Positions 1 to 9,243 of a stretch of 64,000 nt of DNA are shown here, piece by piece. The notes under the pieces are model-generated. The model was given only the letters and a program-made list of their open reading frames with translations, did not search any database and had not been told where the DNA came from. The DNA is taken from the IMG/VR virus record IMGVR_UViG_3300035208_002255, positions 64,001 to 128,000 of that record. One strand, 5' to 3'. This DNA is from a virus. Lineage: Duplodnaviria; Heunggongvirae; Uroviricota; Caudoviricetes. Positions within the stretch are counted from its first letter, which is position 1. Each line of letters opens with the position of its first letter. A program made the translations under genes and the position numbers.

Positions 1-216
1 TTCTTTAGTTTTAGTTAACCATAAATGATCTTCGCAACATTCTGTTGATGATCCATCATTAGTAGTTATCCTAAAAATATCTTTTTTACCCTTTGGATAA
101 ATTCCTAAAACTTTTGTTGGCTTACCATCTCTAGAAATAACATTATCACCAATAGATAAATTACCCATATTAACCCACCCATCTGGAGTTAATATTTTAG
201 AATCTAAAGGTTGTGG
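1..216 (-). mobile_element. Intein N-terminal part in PhoH (Pro-initiated, class 3-like)
   Basis: After GFLPG the frame reads PQPLDSKILTPDGWVNMGNLSIGDNVISRDGKPTKVLGIYPKG...TECCEDHLW, matching HINT blocks A and B. Confidence 0.85.
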
Positions 217-1098
217 TCCTGGTAAAAAACCAATGTCCTTACCCATTGGCATAACAGGACGAGAGATAAGAAGTCTTGAGTAAGTGCCATCAAGAATCTT
301 TGATAGACCAACTGCTGTGGCTAATAATGTTTTTCCAGTTCCTGCAAGGCCAACTAAAGATACAAACTTGACAGAGTCATCCAAAAGAAGATCAAAAGCA
401 AACTGCTGATCTTTGTTTCTGGGCTTAATTCCCATAATCCCTTCTTTTGGTAACTTAAGTGGAGAAATGGAATTTTCCTTTTTCTTGTATCTACCAAGAG
501 CTGTTTTACCATCAGGGTCAACCATCATAACACAAACGTTATCATACACGAACTCTGCATCAGACTCTAATAGATTAATCTTTCCATCTACAAACATTTT
601 ATCAATGTCACCGTATCCAACTTTTAGTTCGGTTTTTCCGGTGATCATCTTGGAAGCATCAACAGACTGAGACTCATAAGATGCTGTTTGGATGTCAATA
701 CTTTCCGCTCTAACACGAAGGTTAACATCCATGGTTACCAAGATGGTTTTGGTATTTGGATTGCGTTCTTTGATCTCAAGGACAGCCTGAAGAATCCCAG
801 AATCCATACTCTTCGGATCTAGAGCAACCTGAAGAACTCTACGCTCTTTTGGAACATAGATAGTAAAGAGACCATCACCTATCTTAACACCTTCAGATAA
901 AGATCCCTGTGATCTGAGATCATCAAGAATACGGCATGCTTCGCGAGAGTTTCTTCCCCGAAGAGATTGTTCACTCTTTAGCTTATCAAGTTCCTCCAAT
1001 ACGTAAACAGGAACAAATAGGTTGTTATCCTGGAATTGAAAAATGGACTTGGGGTCGTGAATTAGAACGTTTGTATCGAGAACGTAATTTTTTCTCAT
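1..1098 (-). CDS. PIN + PhoH-family ATPase interrupted by an intein (runs off left edge)
   Basis: Manual translation from ATG 1098: MRKNYVLDTNVLIHDP...VLEELDKLK (PIN), Walker A GLAGTGKT, SRPVMPMGKDIGFLPG (PhoH motif). Not in the supplied ORF track because it has no stop in the window. Confidence 0.9.
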   Translation of the reverse strand, partial: MRKNYVLDTNVLIHDPKSIFQFQDNNLFVPVYVLEELDKLKSEQSLRGRNSREACRILDDLRSQGSLSEGVKIGDGLFTIYVPKERRVLQVALDPKSMDSGILQAVLEIKERNPNTKTILVTMDVNLRVRAESIDIQTASYESQSVDASKMITGKTELKVGYGDIDKMFVDGKINLLESDAEFVYDNVCVMMVDPDGKTALGRYKKKENSISPLKLPKEGIMGIKPRNKDQQFAFDLLLDDSVKFVSLVGLAGTGKTLLATAVGLSKILDGTYSRLLISRPVMPMGKDIGFLPGPQPLDSKILTPDGWVNMGNLSIGDNVISRDGKPTKVLGIYPKGKKDIFRITTNDGSSTECCEDHLWLTKTKE

Positions 1099-1197
1099 AA
1101 GTCCTTGTTTAGGAAGAGAGATCAGGGATACTCCCCATCGAATTTATACTTCAATATTCACAAGTTCTCGATTCTTTCAATTATCAGGTATTAAAAC

Positions 1198-1878
1198 ATG
1201 AGCATAAAAGTATCAAAAGATCTAATTCATGGAGGTCTTGCTGACAAACAGAAGTCTGGGTTTGATCCAAAACAACTTCGCAAAGGTATCAAAGTTGAGA
1301 TGGAACATACTAAAAATCCTGACTTAGCCAGAGAGATTGCTCAAGACCATTTGTCCGAAGACCCGAAATATTATGACCACTTGGAGAAGATGGAGCAGAA
1401 ATATAGCAAAGCATATGTACTTGCTTCAATATATTTTGAATGTGCAAAGTTTGCTCAAGATCAGACAAACACTCCAAACATTACAATTCAGCCGGGCAGG
1501 CCAGAAGCAAACTGCGCTCTAGATATTCTAAAAAGGTGGAAACCAGGGTACTTTATAGGGGTTCGGAATATCGTTATCGGTCCTTCGCCGAACTATGGAT
1601 ACGTAGAGTCTGGACCTGACAAAGATCCTACAGTAATCTACATTAATGCTGATCGTATTGTGAATGAATCAGGACAACAAAGGGGAAAGGCGGCAGCTAT
1701 TGCTACCGCCCGAGTAATTGCCCATGAGAAAGGTCATGTAGATTCATTTGATGAGGGGCAAGGTTTTGTTGGTGGGGAGACACCAGCACAAGCACAAGAG
1801 ACAGAGTTTGATAACTGGCTAAAATCTGGCGGAATGAAACAAATAGAAAGTTTGCCTAGCTATCAAGCTTTGTCGTGA
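1198..1878 (+). CDS. DUF5661-like N-terminal domain plus HExxH domain protein
   Basis: GIKVEMEHT...AQDHLSEDPKYYDHL resembles DUF5661; AHEKGH zincin-like motif in the C-terminal half. Confidence 0.6.
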   Translation: MSIKVSKDLIHGGLADKQKSGFDPKQLRKGIKVEMEHTKNPDLAREIAQDHLSEDPKYYDHLEKMEQKYSKAYVLASIYFECAKFAQDQTNTPNITIQPGRPEANCALDILKRWKPGYFIGVRNIVIGPSPNYGYVESGPDKDPTVIYINADRIVNESGQQRGKAAAIATARVIAHEKGHVDSFDEGQGFVGGETPAQAQETEFDNWLKSGGMKQIESLPSYQALS

Positions 1879-2075
1879 TTATTTAACGGCATATTCTCAT
1901 TCAACACGACCCTGACACAGTAACCTTTTCTTGGTGGTTCTGTATGTTTTGGGGCACTTGATAAAGAATAGAACCTAACAGCTTTCTTTGGATTTTCAGT
2001 CCATTCACCACACTCAGCGAGATAGAGTGTTGGTTCTCCAATTTTCTCTGCAACAATACAACAAAGAGCAGCCAT
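1863..2075 (-). CDS. hypothetical protein
   Basis: 70-aa ORF abutting the upstream gene in the minus-strand run. Confidence 0.5.
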   Translation of the reverse strand: MAALCCIVAEKIGEPTLYLAECGEWTENPKKAVRFYSLSSAPKHTEPPRKGYCVRVVLNENMPLNNHDKA

Positions 2076-2076
2076 A

Positions 2077-2394
2077 TCATTCCTGGTTCTGAATTAGTAT
2101 TAGTTCATCAATCAAACTTTGAGTACAACTAGGATCAGCTCCATCAAGAGTCATATCAAACACTTCTTTCATAAGAAGTCCGATAACCTTTTTGTTACCC
2201 TTTTTGTACTGCTCAACAACTTTGGGATTTGCATCTAAGACTTTTTGAACTATAGGTTTTAGTTCGTCTAGATCTTTATACACACGAAGACCGAGAACCT
2301 CAACTATCCTTTGGGGTTGCCAAGGTTCTCCAGTTTTCGGGTCAACAGTTCCTCGAAAGTTGTGTTGATTGATGAGTTCTTTAAGCTTGGACAT
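2077..2394 (-). CDS. GatB/YqeY C-terminal domain protein
   Basis: IVQKVLDANPKVVEQYKKGNKKVIGLLMKEV...GADP matches the GatB C-terminal tRNA-binding domain. Confidence 0.8.
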   Translation of the reverse strand: MSKLKELINQHNFRGTVDPKTGEPWQPQRIVEVLGLRVYKDLDELKPIVQKVLDANPKVVEQYKKGNKKVIGLLMKEVFDMTLDGADPSCTQSLIDELILIQNQE

Positions 2395-2405
2395 CAGCTT
2401 TGAAA

Positions 2406-3818
2406 TTATGATACTAACTTTTCTTTATCTTCATCAGACAGTTTATCAAACAAGAATCTCATACCATCTTTTGAGTTTGCCAAATCTCGAACCATCTTCT
2501 CGATGACGATTCTAAACAACTCATCTGATGGCTTTCTAAGAAGTGCTTGAAAAACATCATCAGCTGATAGTGTGCTCTCAAACTTTTTGGTGATGATAAC
2601 CTTTACGGCATTTGATACATCTTCAGATCTCTGAACCTGAAGAAGTTGCTTCTTGGTAAGCCTATCAAGTACTGTGTTAATAACATTGGTTGAAGAATCA
2701 GCCAACAAAGGTTTGAGATCCTCTAAATCTTTCAAGTGGAGGGCTGCAATATTCCTGTACTTATAGTTGGCCGAATCTCTCATCTTAATAAGGAATGCAC
2801 GCGAAAAATACTGTCCAAGATTCGCATATACAGTAATGTTGTTCTCTATTGAGTAAGGACCATCTTTGAAAAGTTTAGCCTTTGGCTTACGTCCTCGGGT
2901 CTTAACTTCCTGAACTCCAAGATTCTCGGAGTTCCATGATTCTATAAACTCGGCAGCCGCTTTCAACTGATCGCTATTAAGCTTAGAAAGCTTTTGAGCA
3001 TTTGTTGAAATAATGAAATCCATCAAAGCTTGTCCATTATTCCCAATCTTAAGAAGCGATATATCTTCAAAGTTTGGAACCTTAGCCACCAAATACTTCA
3101 TCGTAGATTGAAGCTGAGCTGCTAACCACTCGTTCAATCCTTCGACCTTTGAAAGGGAATTCTTGTTCTTTAGAATAACCCTTAACATATTATCTTGAGG
3201 CTTATCAGCCGCAACCGCTGCAACAACATCATGCAAAATCTCGCGCTCATTAGGTTTGAATGAACGCATGTTCGCATCGTTGGCAGCAAAGATTTCAAAC
3301 GACAACAAGTCTTTTCTTACGACACAATACTTATCAGATGTTAAAGGAGACTTGCCTTTGAATACGGTAATGTAAAAATCATTACCATTGATAACATACT
3401 CTTCATAGTGAGTTGAGTCTTTAGATACAGTACACCATCTTGTATTAGCACCGTACAAGATCATTGCTGCTTTTGTATCAACTCGAATTACTTTAAGTAC
3501 ATCATTTTCAAAGATTGATTCAGCGCCATACTCTTTTAGATCTTCGCGAATCTGACGTTTAGATCTCTCTGGCATTGTCTTACAGAGATCTTCAAGAGTC
3601 TTTAAGTCTTCGTACTTATAGATATCTTTCTCTTGAAACTTGGAGTTATACTTGTGAAAGAAATCAATCGTACCTTTAATATCAGGTACTGAATGTCCCT
3701 TTGACAACTGAGCGGCAATCCATAACAAATACTTATGAGTCTTTGTAGGATCTTCAATACCCATAGCAGCATCCGCAAAATTCGGATACTTAGCTTTTAC
3801 TTGTTCAACTCTGTTCAT
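2406..3818 (-). CDS. hypothetical protein (helical C-terminus)
   Basis: 470-aa ORF with YGANTRWCT motif; no function recognised. Confidence 0.75.
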   Translation of the reverse strand: MNRVEQVKAKYPNFADAAMGIEDPTKTHKYLLWIAAQLSKGHSVPDIKGTIDFFHKYNSKFQEKDIYKYEDLKTLEDLCKTMPERSKRQIREDLKEYGAESIFENDVLKVIRVDTKAAMILYGANTRWCTVSKDSTHYEEYVINGNDFYITVFKGKSPLTSDKYCVVRKDLLSFEIFAANDANMRSFKPNEREILHDVVAAVAADKPQDNMLRVILKNKNSLSKVEGLNEWLAAQLQSTMKYLVAKVPNFEDISLLKIGNNGQALMDFIISTNAQKLSKLNSDQLKAAAEFIESWNSENLGVQEVKTRGRKPKAKLFKDGPYSIENNITVYANLGQYFSRAFLIKMRDSANYKYRNIAALHLKDLEDLKPLLADSSTNVINTVLDRLTKKQLLQVQRSEDVSNAVKVIITKKFESTLSADDVFQALLRKPSDELFRIVIEKMVRDLANSKDGMRFLFDKLSDEDKEKLVS

Positions 3819-3829
3819 GACACCCCTAA

Positions 3830-4792
3830 TTACGAATGTAGAAACTGGTGTCCAATATCAGCACCAGGAACATGACTCAGCATTGAGATTATCGTCACAA
3901 AAACGATAATCAGTCCAACGTATAACCCAGTGTACTTGGCCAGCTCGACTGAAGATAAATCCCAATGATGATCACCCATCTTTTGGGTTCCAGCGATGAT
4001 TGGTTTACCTTTCTGATCAATTACCAACATCTCATATAATACTACCCAATAACTGCTAACTGCTCCGACACCCCAAAATACAAACAGGATAGGTGTTAGA
4101 ATAATTCCAACAACAATACCAAATGGCATAAGAACAAGCCATGCTCCAAATGGTCTAATCTCCAACATACCAACAATAGCAACAAACCAAAGAAGACTCA
4201 TTCCTGTTTTGAACGCAAGAGCACCAGCAAGAGCGAAACCCGCTCCCATTACAATAATACCAACATTAGTGCTTAGGGAGAAAGCAATTCCTTTAATGAA
4301 CCTTCCACCATCTAAAGGATTGATTGGAAACAGATTGAACAAATTAACTACACAAAGCCATGAAGCTGCAGCAGCCCACATTGGAGATTTTGTAATCCCA
4401 TATAAAATGAGTGGAGGAATTGCAGTTAAAAGACCAACTACAGGACCCATAAGAGCGATAAAGATTTCGTCCTTACCGCTCTTAAATGCATCATCAGCAA
4501 CAGCTGCACCACCAACAAAGGGAATAAAGTAGAATCCCTTTGTTTGCATTCCACAACGCCGCATTGCCCATACATGTCCCATTTCATGAAGTCCAATCCC
4601 TAGCATAACTAGGAGAGCAAACTTCCAAGTAAACAAAAATGTATATGTTGCTGCAGTACCGGCAGCTAAGATGAATTTCAAACTTTTAGCTACTTTTAGT
4701 ATGCAAGTAAACAACTTGTATCCAATGGCACTAAAACTAATTAGATTATTACTCTTCTTTGGTAAGAATGTTGTGGTGCTAATGGCTGTCAT
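3830..4792 (-). CDS. Site-2 protease (peptidase M50)
   Basis: HEMGH motif, NLFPINPLDGGR motif, multiple TM segments. Confidence 0.9.
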   Translation of the reverse strand: MTAISTTTFLPKKSNNLISFSAIGYKLFTCILKVAKSLKFILAAGTAATYTFLFTWKFALLVMLGIGLHEMGHVWAMRRCGMQTKGFYFIPFVGGAAVADDAFKSGKDEIFIALMGPVVGLLTAIPPLILYGITKSPMWAAAASWLCVVNLFNLFPINPLDGGRFIKGIAFSLSTNVGIIVMGAGFALAGALAFKTGMSLLWFVAIVGMLEIRPFGAWLVLMPFGIVVGIILTPILFVFWGVGAVSSYWVVLYEMLVIDQKGKPIIAGTQKMGDHHWDLSSVELAKYTGLYVGLIIVFVTIISMLSHVPGADIGHQFLHS

Positions 4793-4793
4793 T

Positions 4794-5288
4794 TTATTCT
4801 TCTTTGTTCTCTTTCATCCAAGCTTCAAACTCATCAAAAGACTTGAATCTCTTCTTCATCTCTTTACGAACGTCATCCAATTTGAGTTTGTGCTTGAGCA
4901 AGATGTACCTATAAACAAAGTCATCATTGAACGCTTTAAATGAACAAACAGGACAAAGAGCTGATGGATTATAGACTTCATAGTCTCTACATGCGTCTAC
5001 AAATTTCCAAAAATCTTTGATCTTTAGAATCTCGTCCAACGCTTCATCTTCTGGTCCGCAATCAGGTTCACGAAGCTGCTTTTCAGCATCTTTGCGCCAA
5101 AGGTTTTGAACACTCTTTTTAGAGAGATCAACTTCGGTACAGGAACACGTTGTGTGACCACATGAGAATCTGGTTCTTCCAATATCCTCATCGCTGCAGG
5201 AATCATGATACGAAACAATCTCGCCACAAGCTTCACAAGTGAAACTTGTAGTACTTGAGTTTGATACAAAACCTTTACGGATTTTCAT
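4794..5288 (-). CDS. FVSNSS-tag family protein, Cys-rich (NSSTTSF variant)
   Basis: Likely start ATG 5288: MKIRKGFVSNSSTTSFTCEACG; further CxxC/CxC pairs. Confidence 0.8.
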   Translation of the reverse strand: MKIRKGFVSNSSTTSFTCEACGEIVSYHDSCSDEDIGRTRFSCGHTTCSCTEVDLSKKSVQNLWRKDAEKQLREPDCGPEDEALDEILKIKDFWKFVDACRDYEVYNPSALCPVCSFKAFNDDFVYRYILLKHKLKLDDVRKEMKKRFKSFDEFEAWMKENKEE

Positions 5289-5829
5289 CTTTGTTCTCCT
5301 GAGAATTGATCCACTCTTTGTACTCTGCGAAGTTTTTGAATCTTGACTTGATTTCCTTATGGATCTCACCAAGGTTTAATTGGAACTTAGCAATGATGTA
5401 ATCAAAGACATAATCATTGTTTATTGATTCCAACGAACAGACAGGACATAATGAAGATGGTTTATAACTTGTCCAAGAACCAAAAAGATTAGCTCTGAAT
5501 TCTTTAGGATCTTTAATATCCAGGACTTTTTGAATTTTTAAGATTTCTTTTTGGATATCTTCCGCAGACTGCCATCTATTAGGCTTTCTGCTCTTAAGAT
5601 CTTCCTGTTCTTCTTTTAGAGCTTGCCGTACTCCGTGTTCCCATTTTTTCTGGACATCCTCATCATCCATGTTTGGTTTTTCACAACACACACCATGACC
5701 ACATGAGTATTCAATGATACCCATGTCTTCAAAACCAATAGAGTCAGGGAATGCCTGAACTTCACCACAAGCATCACATATGAAACTCGTAGTGCTTGAG
5801 TTTGATATAAATCCTTCTCTAATTTTCAT
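5275..5829 (-). CDS. FVSNSS-tag family protein, Cys-rich (NSSTTSF variant)
   Basis: MKIREGFISNSSTTSFICDACG; paralogue of the adjacent gene (shared SCGH and PSxLCPVCS). Confidence 0.8.
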   Translation of the reverse strand: MKIREGFISNSSTTSFICDACGEVQAFPDSIGFEDMGIIEYSCGHGVCCEKPNMDDEDVQKKWEHGVRQALKEEQEDLKSRKPNRWQSAEDIQKEILKIQKVLDIKDPKEFRANLFGSWTSYKPSSLCPVCSLESINNDYVFDYIIAKFQLNLGEIHKEIKSRFKNFAEYKEWINSQENKDENP

Positions 5830-5942
5830 GAGAATTTCATTTCTGTTGAGATGGTGATTTCAAACCGAAGGATGCGAATGTGATTCGCAAGTTTATGTTC
5901 AACCGCCTCTTCAGCAGTTAAGAACCAATCGGCATGACCCAT
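5826..5942 (-). pseudogene. ClpP-like protease C-terminal remnant
   Basis: MGHADWFLTAEEAVEHKLANHIRILRFEITISTEMKFS resembles a ClpP C-terminus; no catalytic N-terminal part upstream. Confidence 0.55.
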
Positions 5943-6310
5943 GATAGTACTAAGAGGGGAGACGAATCATGACAGTACTAAGAGGAGAGGTGAACTACTC
6001 CTATCTAAAGAATAGGAGCTTCCTATTGAACTTACGTTCTCAAGGCATTTTAATTCGGTCTGTTCCATACCGAATTTGATTTCTAATTTAGAAAATCTGA
6101 TGATATTACTACTTTGTTTAATCATAATATCATGTTTTAACCTTAGAATTTTATCTCTTGAGGAAATTATTAGGATTATTTCAAGAGAACCCAATATTCA
6201 ATTGTCAAAGATAAGAGATTTTATTCTCTTAAGAAGAATCTATAAGGATAAGGTTTCTCGACATGGAAATAATTATACATATGAATAATGTTCATAGGCC
6301 AATTCATCTC

Positions 6311-6862
6311 CTAACCTTTGGTAAAATCGTGTGTAAGAACTTCTTCACGAAGAGAATCCTGACCTTCCTTAGTCAGAACTTTAGACTCCTGTGTTGAACC
6401 ACTTAAAACACTTAAGACCCTAAGTCTTTGCAAGAACTTAGGTTGAGTACTTTTAAGCATGGGCCACAGTACAATAACTGTGGACGTACCGCTCTCGACC
6501 TCTGTGAGTCCAGCATCTCTTACCAAGAAGACATCAAGTTCCTTCTTGAGTTTTTCGAAGTCCTTAGCTTTTCCTCCAAGGACAACTTTGCGAAAAGATC
6601 CTTCTTTCCATTTCTTGGTAAGCTCTAATTTTGAATTGTACTCAAGATTTGGATTGGTAAGTTGGTTAGCAATGTATTGTGCGAGCCTTTCTATGTATGT
6701 AAATGCAAACATCTGCGCACCATGAGCAATCTGGGCACAGACCTTACCAATACTCATAGGGATATCAGTTCGAACAATATAGTATTGAACGATCGGATCT
6801 TCTTGAGACTCTCGGATTTGGATTAGTTTTTCATCATCAAAAGGATTAGGCTCTACTGGCAT
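6311..6862 (-). CDS. Peptidyl-tRNA hydrolase, Pth2 family
   Basis: IVRTDIPMSIGKVCAQIAHG, RKVVL, VRDAGLTEV...T motifs. Confidence 0.9.
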   Translation of the reverse strand: MPVEPNPFDDEKLIQIRESQEDPIVQYYIVRTDIPMSIGKVCAQIAHGAQMFAFTYIERLAQYIANQLTNPNLEYNSKLELTKKWKEGSFRKVVLGGKAKDFEKLKKELDVFLVRDAGLTEVESGTSTVIVLWPMLKSTQPKFLQRLRVLSVLSGSTQESKVLTKEGQDSLREEVLTHDFTKG

Positions 6863-7068
6863 TATCGTGCTCTTTCAGTACAAATGCATTCACCCTTAAC
6901 AACCATAGGTGTTCCAACATTACACTTTTTATGTGTGCAATCTTCTTCAAATGTACAGGCTTTAAATGCAAATATAATCCCAACAATTAATGCGGGAATT
7001 GCAATTAAAGGATGATCAAATAGAATTGAAACTAGGAATGAATCACCAGCAGCGCTTTCAAAGTCCAT
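6862..7068 (-). CDS. small membrane protein with Cys-rich tail
   Basis: One TM segment then CTHKKC...CIC; stop/start coupled to Pth2. Confidence 0.55.
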   Translation of the reverse strand: MDFESAAGDSFLVSILFDHPLIAIPALIVGIIFAFKACTFEEDCTHKKCNVGTPMVVKGECICTERAR

Positions 7069-7082
7069 AAAACCTCAGTCTT

Positions 7083-7343
7083 CTAGTTTATAGAGTAGTT
7101 TTTCTGTTTAATGAAATTAGACATCTTCATCACTTCAGACCTAATTTTAAAAGGTAGGTCATCGATCTCTTTAAGTGTCATAGGTTTAAGTGACATATCA
7201 TCTTCAAAGATTGATACTACACCACAGTACGCACAAATAGATAAAGATCCAGGCTCTGGGGTGTAGTCAGATCCATCAGCAGTAGATGCTGCATCAAGTT
7301 TAGATCCGCAACCACAACAAACAGACTCTTTTGTTCTAGACAT
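7083..7343 (-). CDS. hypothetical zinc-ribbon protein
   Basis: CCGCG...CAYCG. Confidence 0.65.
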   Translation of the reverse strand: MSRTKESVCCGCGSKLDAASTADGSDYTPEPGSLSICAYCGVVSIFEDDMSLKPMTLKEIDDLPFKIRSEVMKMSNFIKQKNYSIN

Positions 7344-7968
7344 TGTTCACCTTGGTAAAGTGGTTTTTAAGTCTCAGCACTCCAACTTCGGTTTTCATAT
7401 CACCAACACCAAGAGCTTCATCCAGAGGAACTAAAATGCATTCTCCATTCCGCTCTTGGGGTGTTCCATCTTCGGATGGTTTACCAACAGGAATTCCGGT
7501 TACATCTACAGCATAGTAGAACAATCGTTCACCAGCCAAACCAACAGATCCCCAAACAGGCTCACCAAGTTTATAAATACTTGTAATTGGAGCATCAATT
7601 CCGACTTCTTCTTCAAGTTCTCGAATGGATGCATTGACAGGATCTTCATCACCATCAATTAGTCCAGCCGGAAGCTCCCAACCGCAACCAACAGCATTTG
7701 GAAAAGGCTTTCTTGCTGCAACGGCAATTCTTATACAACTACGCAGCCAAATCCTGGGATTGTTTTCCTCTGACAGATCGTAAGCGCAGATAACACACGC
7801 ATCCATACTCTTACGAGTAATGACATCGTGAGTAAATTCTTCAGAGATATCACCGTTTGGATATTCAAGCTTACACCTAAGATGTCTAATTTTTAGGAAA
7901 GGAGGCCCATCAACATCACCGATGTAATGAGTAATAACTTGAGGTGGTTTCTTTAAAATGCTAGACAT
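7336..7968 (-). CDS. Nudix hydrolase (ADP-ribose pyrophosphatase-like)
   Basis: Nudix box WELPAGLIDGDEDPVNASIRELEEEVG; likely start MSSILKK at 7968. Confidence 0.85.
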   Translation of the reverse strand: MSSILKKPPQVITHYIGDVDGPPFLKIRHLRCKLEYPNGDISEEFTHDVITRKSMDACVICAYDLSEENNPRIWLRSCIRIAVAARKPFPNAVGCGWELPAGLIDGDEDPVNASIRELEEEVGIDAPITSIYKLGEPVWGSVGLAGERLFYYAVDVTGIPVGKPSEDGTPQERNGECILVPLDEALGVGDMKTEVGVLRLKNHFTKVNNV

Positions 7969-8288
7969 AAAAATTTCCAGATAAAGAAAATAGCAACAAG
8001 TTGTAGTATCCACTGCAATCGCATTAAGATACCATGCTTCCATAAAACAAGCTGGCCGGACATAGTAAGTATCATAGAAAGCCTGTTAGATGACATTCCA
8101 CAACTCTCTAAGAGTTCTTCACTCTTTTTCATCTCCTCAACAATAAATGTAATTCTTTCAGAATTCATGTATTGAAGAAGACTTACACTTCTTATGAAGA
8201 ACGGAACAGGAATCAATGACTTAGTCAACTGATTTTGAGCCGCTATAACAAACTTAGCCTCTTCATGTGTTAGTTTTATTTGTTCCAA
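7953..8288 (-). CDS. hypothetical protein
   Basis: 111-aa ORF filling the gap between Nudix and ARH genes. Confidence 0.45.
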   Translation of the reverse strand: MEQIKLTHEEAKFVIAAQNQLTKSLIPVPFFIRSVSLLQYMNSERITFIVEEMKKSEELLESCGMSSNRLSMILTMSGQLVLWKHGILMRLQWILQLVAIFFIWKFLCLAF

Positions 8289-9243
8289 TTTTCAATAATC
8301 CCATTGTGTTGTTAATGAGTTTTTGCTTATTGTCGCCCAATGCATCTAACCATCTTGTAGGTATCGATTCGTATCCATGATACGCACCCAATAAAGCTCC
8401 AGCTACAGCCCCAACTGTATCTGCGTCATTTCCTCGATTAACTACTTTGACAAGACCTTCTTCAAAAGAATCATTTTGATACCAAGTAGCAATGGCACAC
8501 TTCAAAGTATCAATAACATAACCATCGTTTTCCCACATCTCCCATTCGTGAGTTGGAGCATCACTTATTGCTTCAATAACCCGAATAGCCCCGGTAACAG
8601 GTCGGACACTATCTCTGCTAAGACTTGATACAAGCTTGATTGTATGTACTAGTGCGTCCATTTTTGAAACACACTCGAATCCAAGCTTCAGGATGTTATT
8701 GACAGCAATACAGGAAAGAATACACTTTGGATCTGGGTGAGTATCTTCTGATAACTTTAAACTATCTATGATAAGTGATGTTTCATCGTTACGATGAACG
8801 ATAGCAGTTGGCATACACCTCATCAAAGATCCATTACCGGATGGATGGTGTCCGTTCGCCGCCCACAGCTGAACCGCTGGGTTGTAATCTTCACGAAGTT
8901 CATCCTTGGAAGAAATCTTTTCCCAAACATTTAGAACCTTATGAGTCCAATTACCAATGTCCTTTGGATTTGTTCGTTTCCACTCCAACCACTTATCAAC
9001 AATAGATGCTTGATTGTATTGACCATTCTCAAAATACATCTCTTGAATACCAATGGACATGATAGTGTCATCGGTAATATCTCCAGGATTCCATTTCAAA
9101 ACACCGCCACCAGTCATTTCCCTGATAAACTTATCAGGTTCCCGAGATGGAAGAAACTCTAATGGAGCACCCAACGCATCTCCCACAGCAGCACCAAGAA
9201 TGATCCCAAGTGCTGTACTTTCAGTTTTTGAATTACTCATCAT
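8263..9243 (-). CDS. ADP-ribosylglycohydrolase (DraG/ARH family)
   Basis: GAAVGDALGAPLEF, TDDT, GNGSLMRC, DADTVGAVAGALLGA. Confidence 0.93.
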   Translation of the reverse strand: MMSNSKTESTALGIILGAAVGDALGAPLEFLPSREPDKFIREMTGGGVLKWNPGDITDDTIMSIGIQEMYFENGQYNQASIVDKWLEWKRTNPKDIGNWTHKVLNVWEKISSKDELREDYNPAVQLWAANGHHPSGNGSLMRCMPTAIVHRNDETSLIIDSLKLSEDTHPDPKCILSCIAVNNILKLGFECVSKMDALVHTIKLVSSLSRDSVRPVTGAIRVIEAISDAPTHEWEMWENDGYVIDTLKCAIATWYQNDSFEEGLVKVVNRGNDADTVGAVAGALLGAYHGYESIPTRWLDALGDNKQKLINNTMGLLKIGTNKTNT

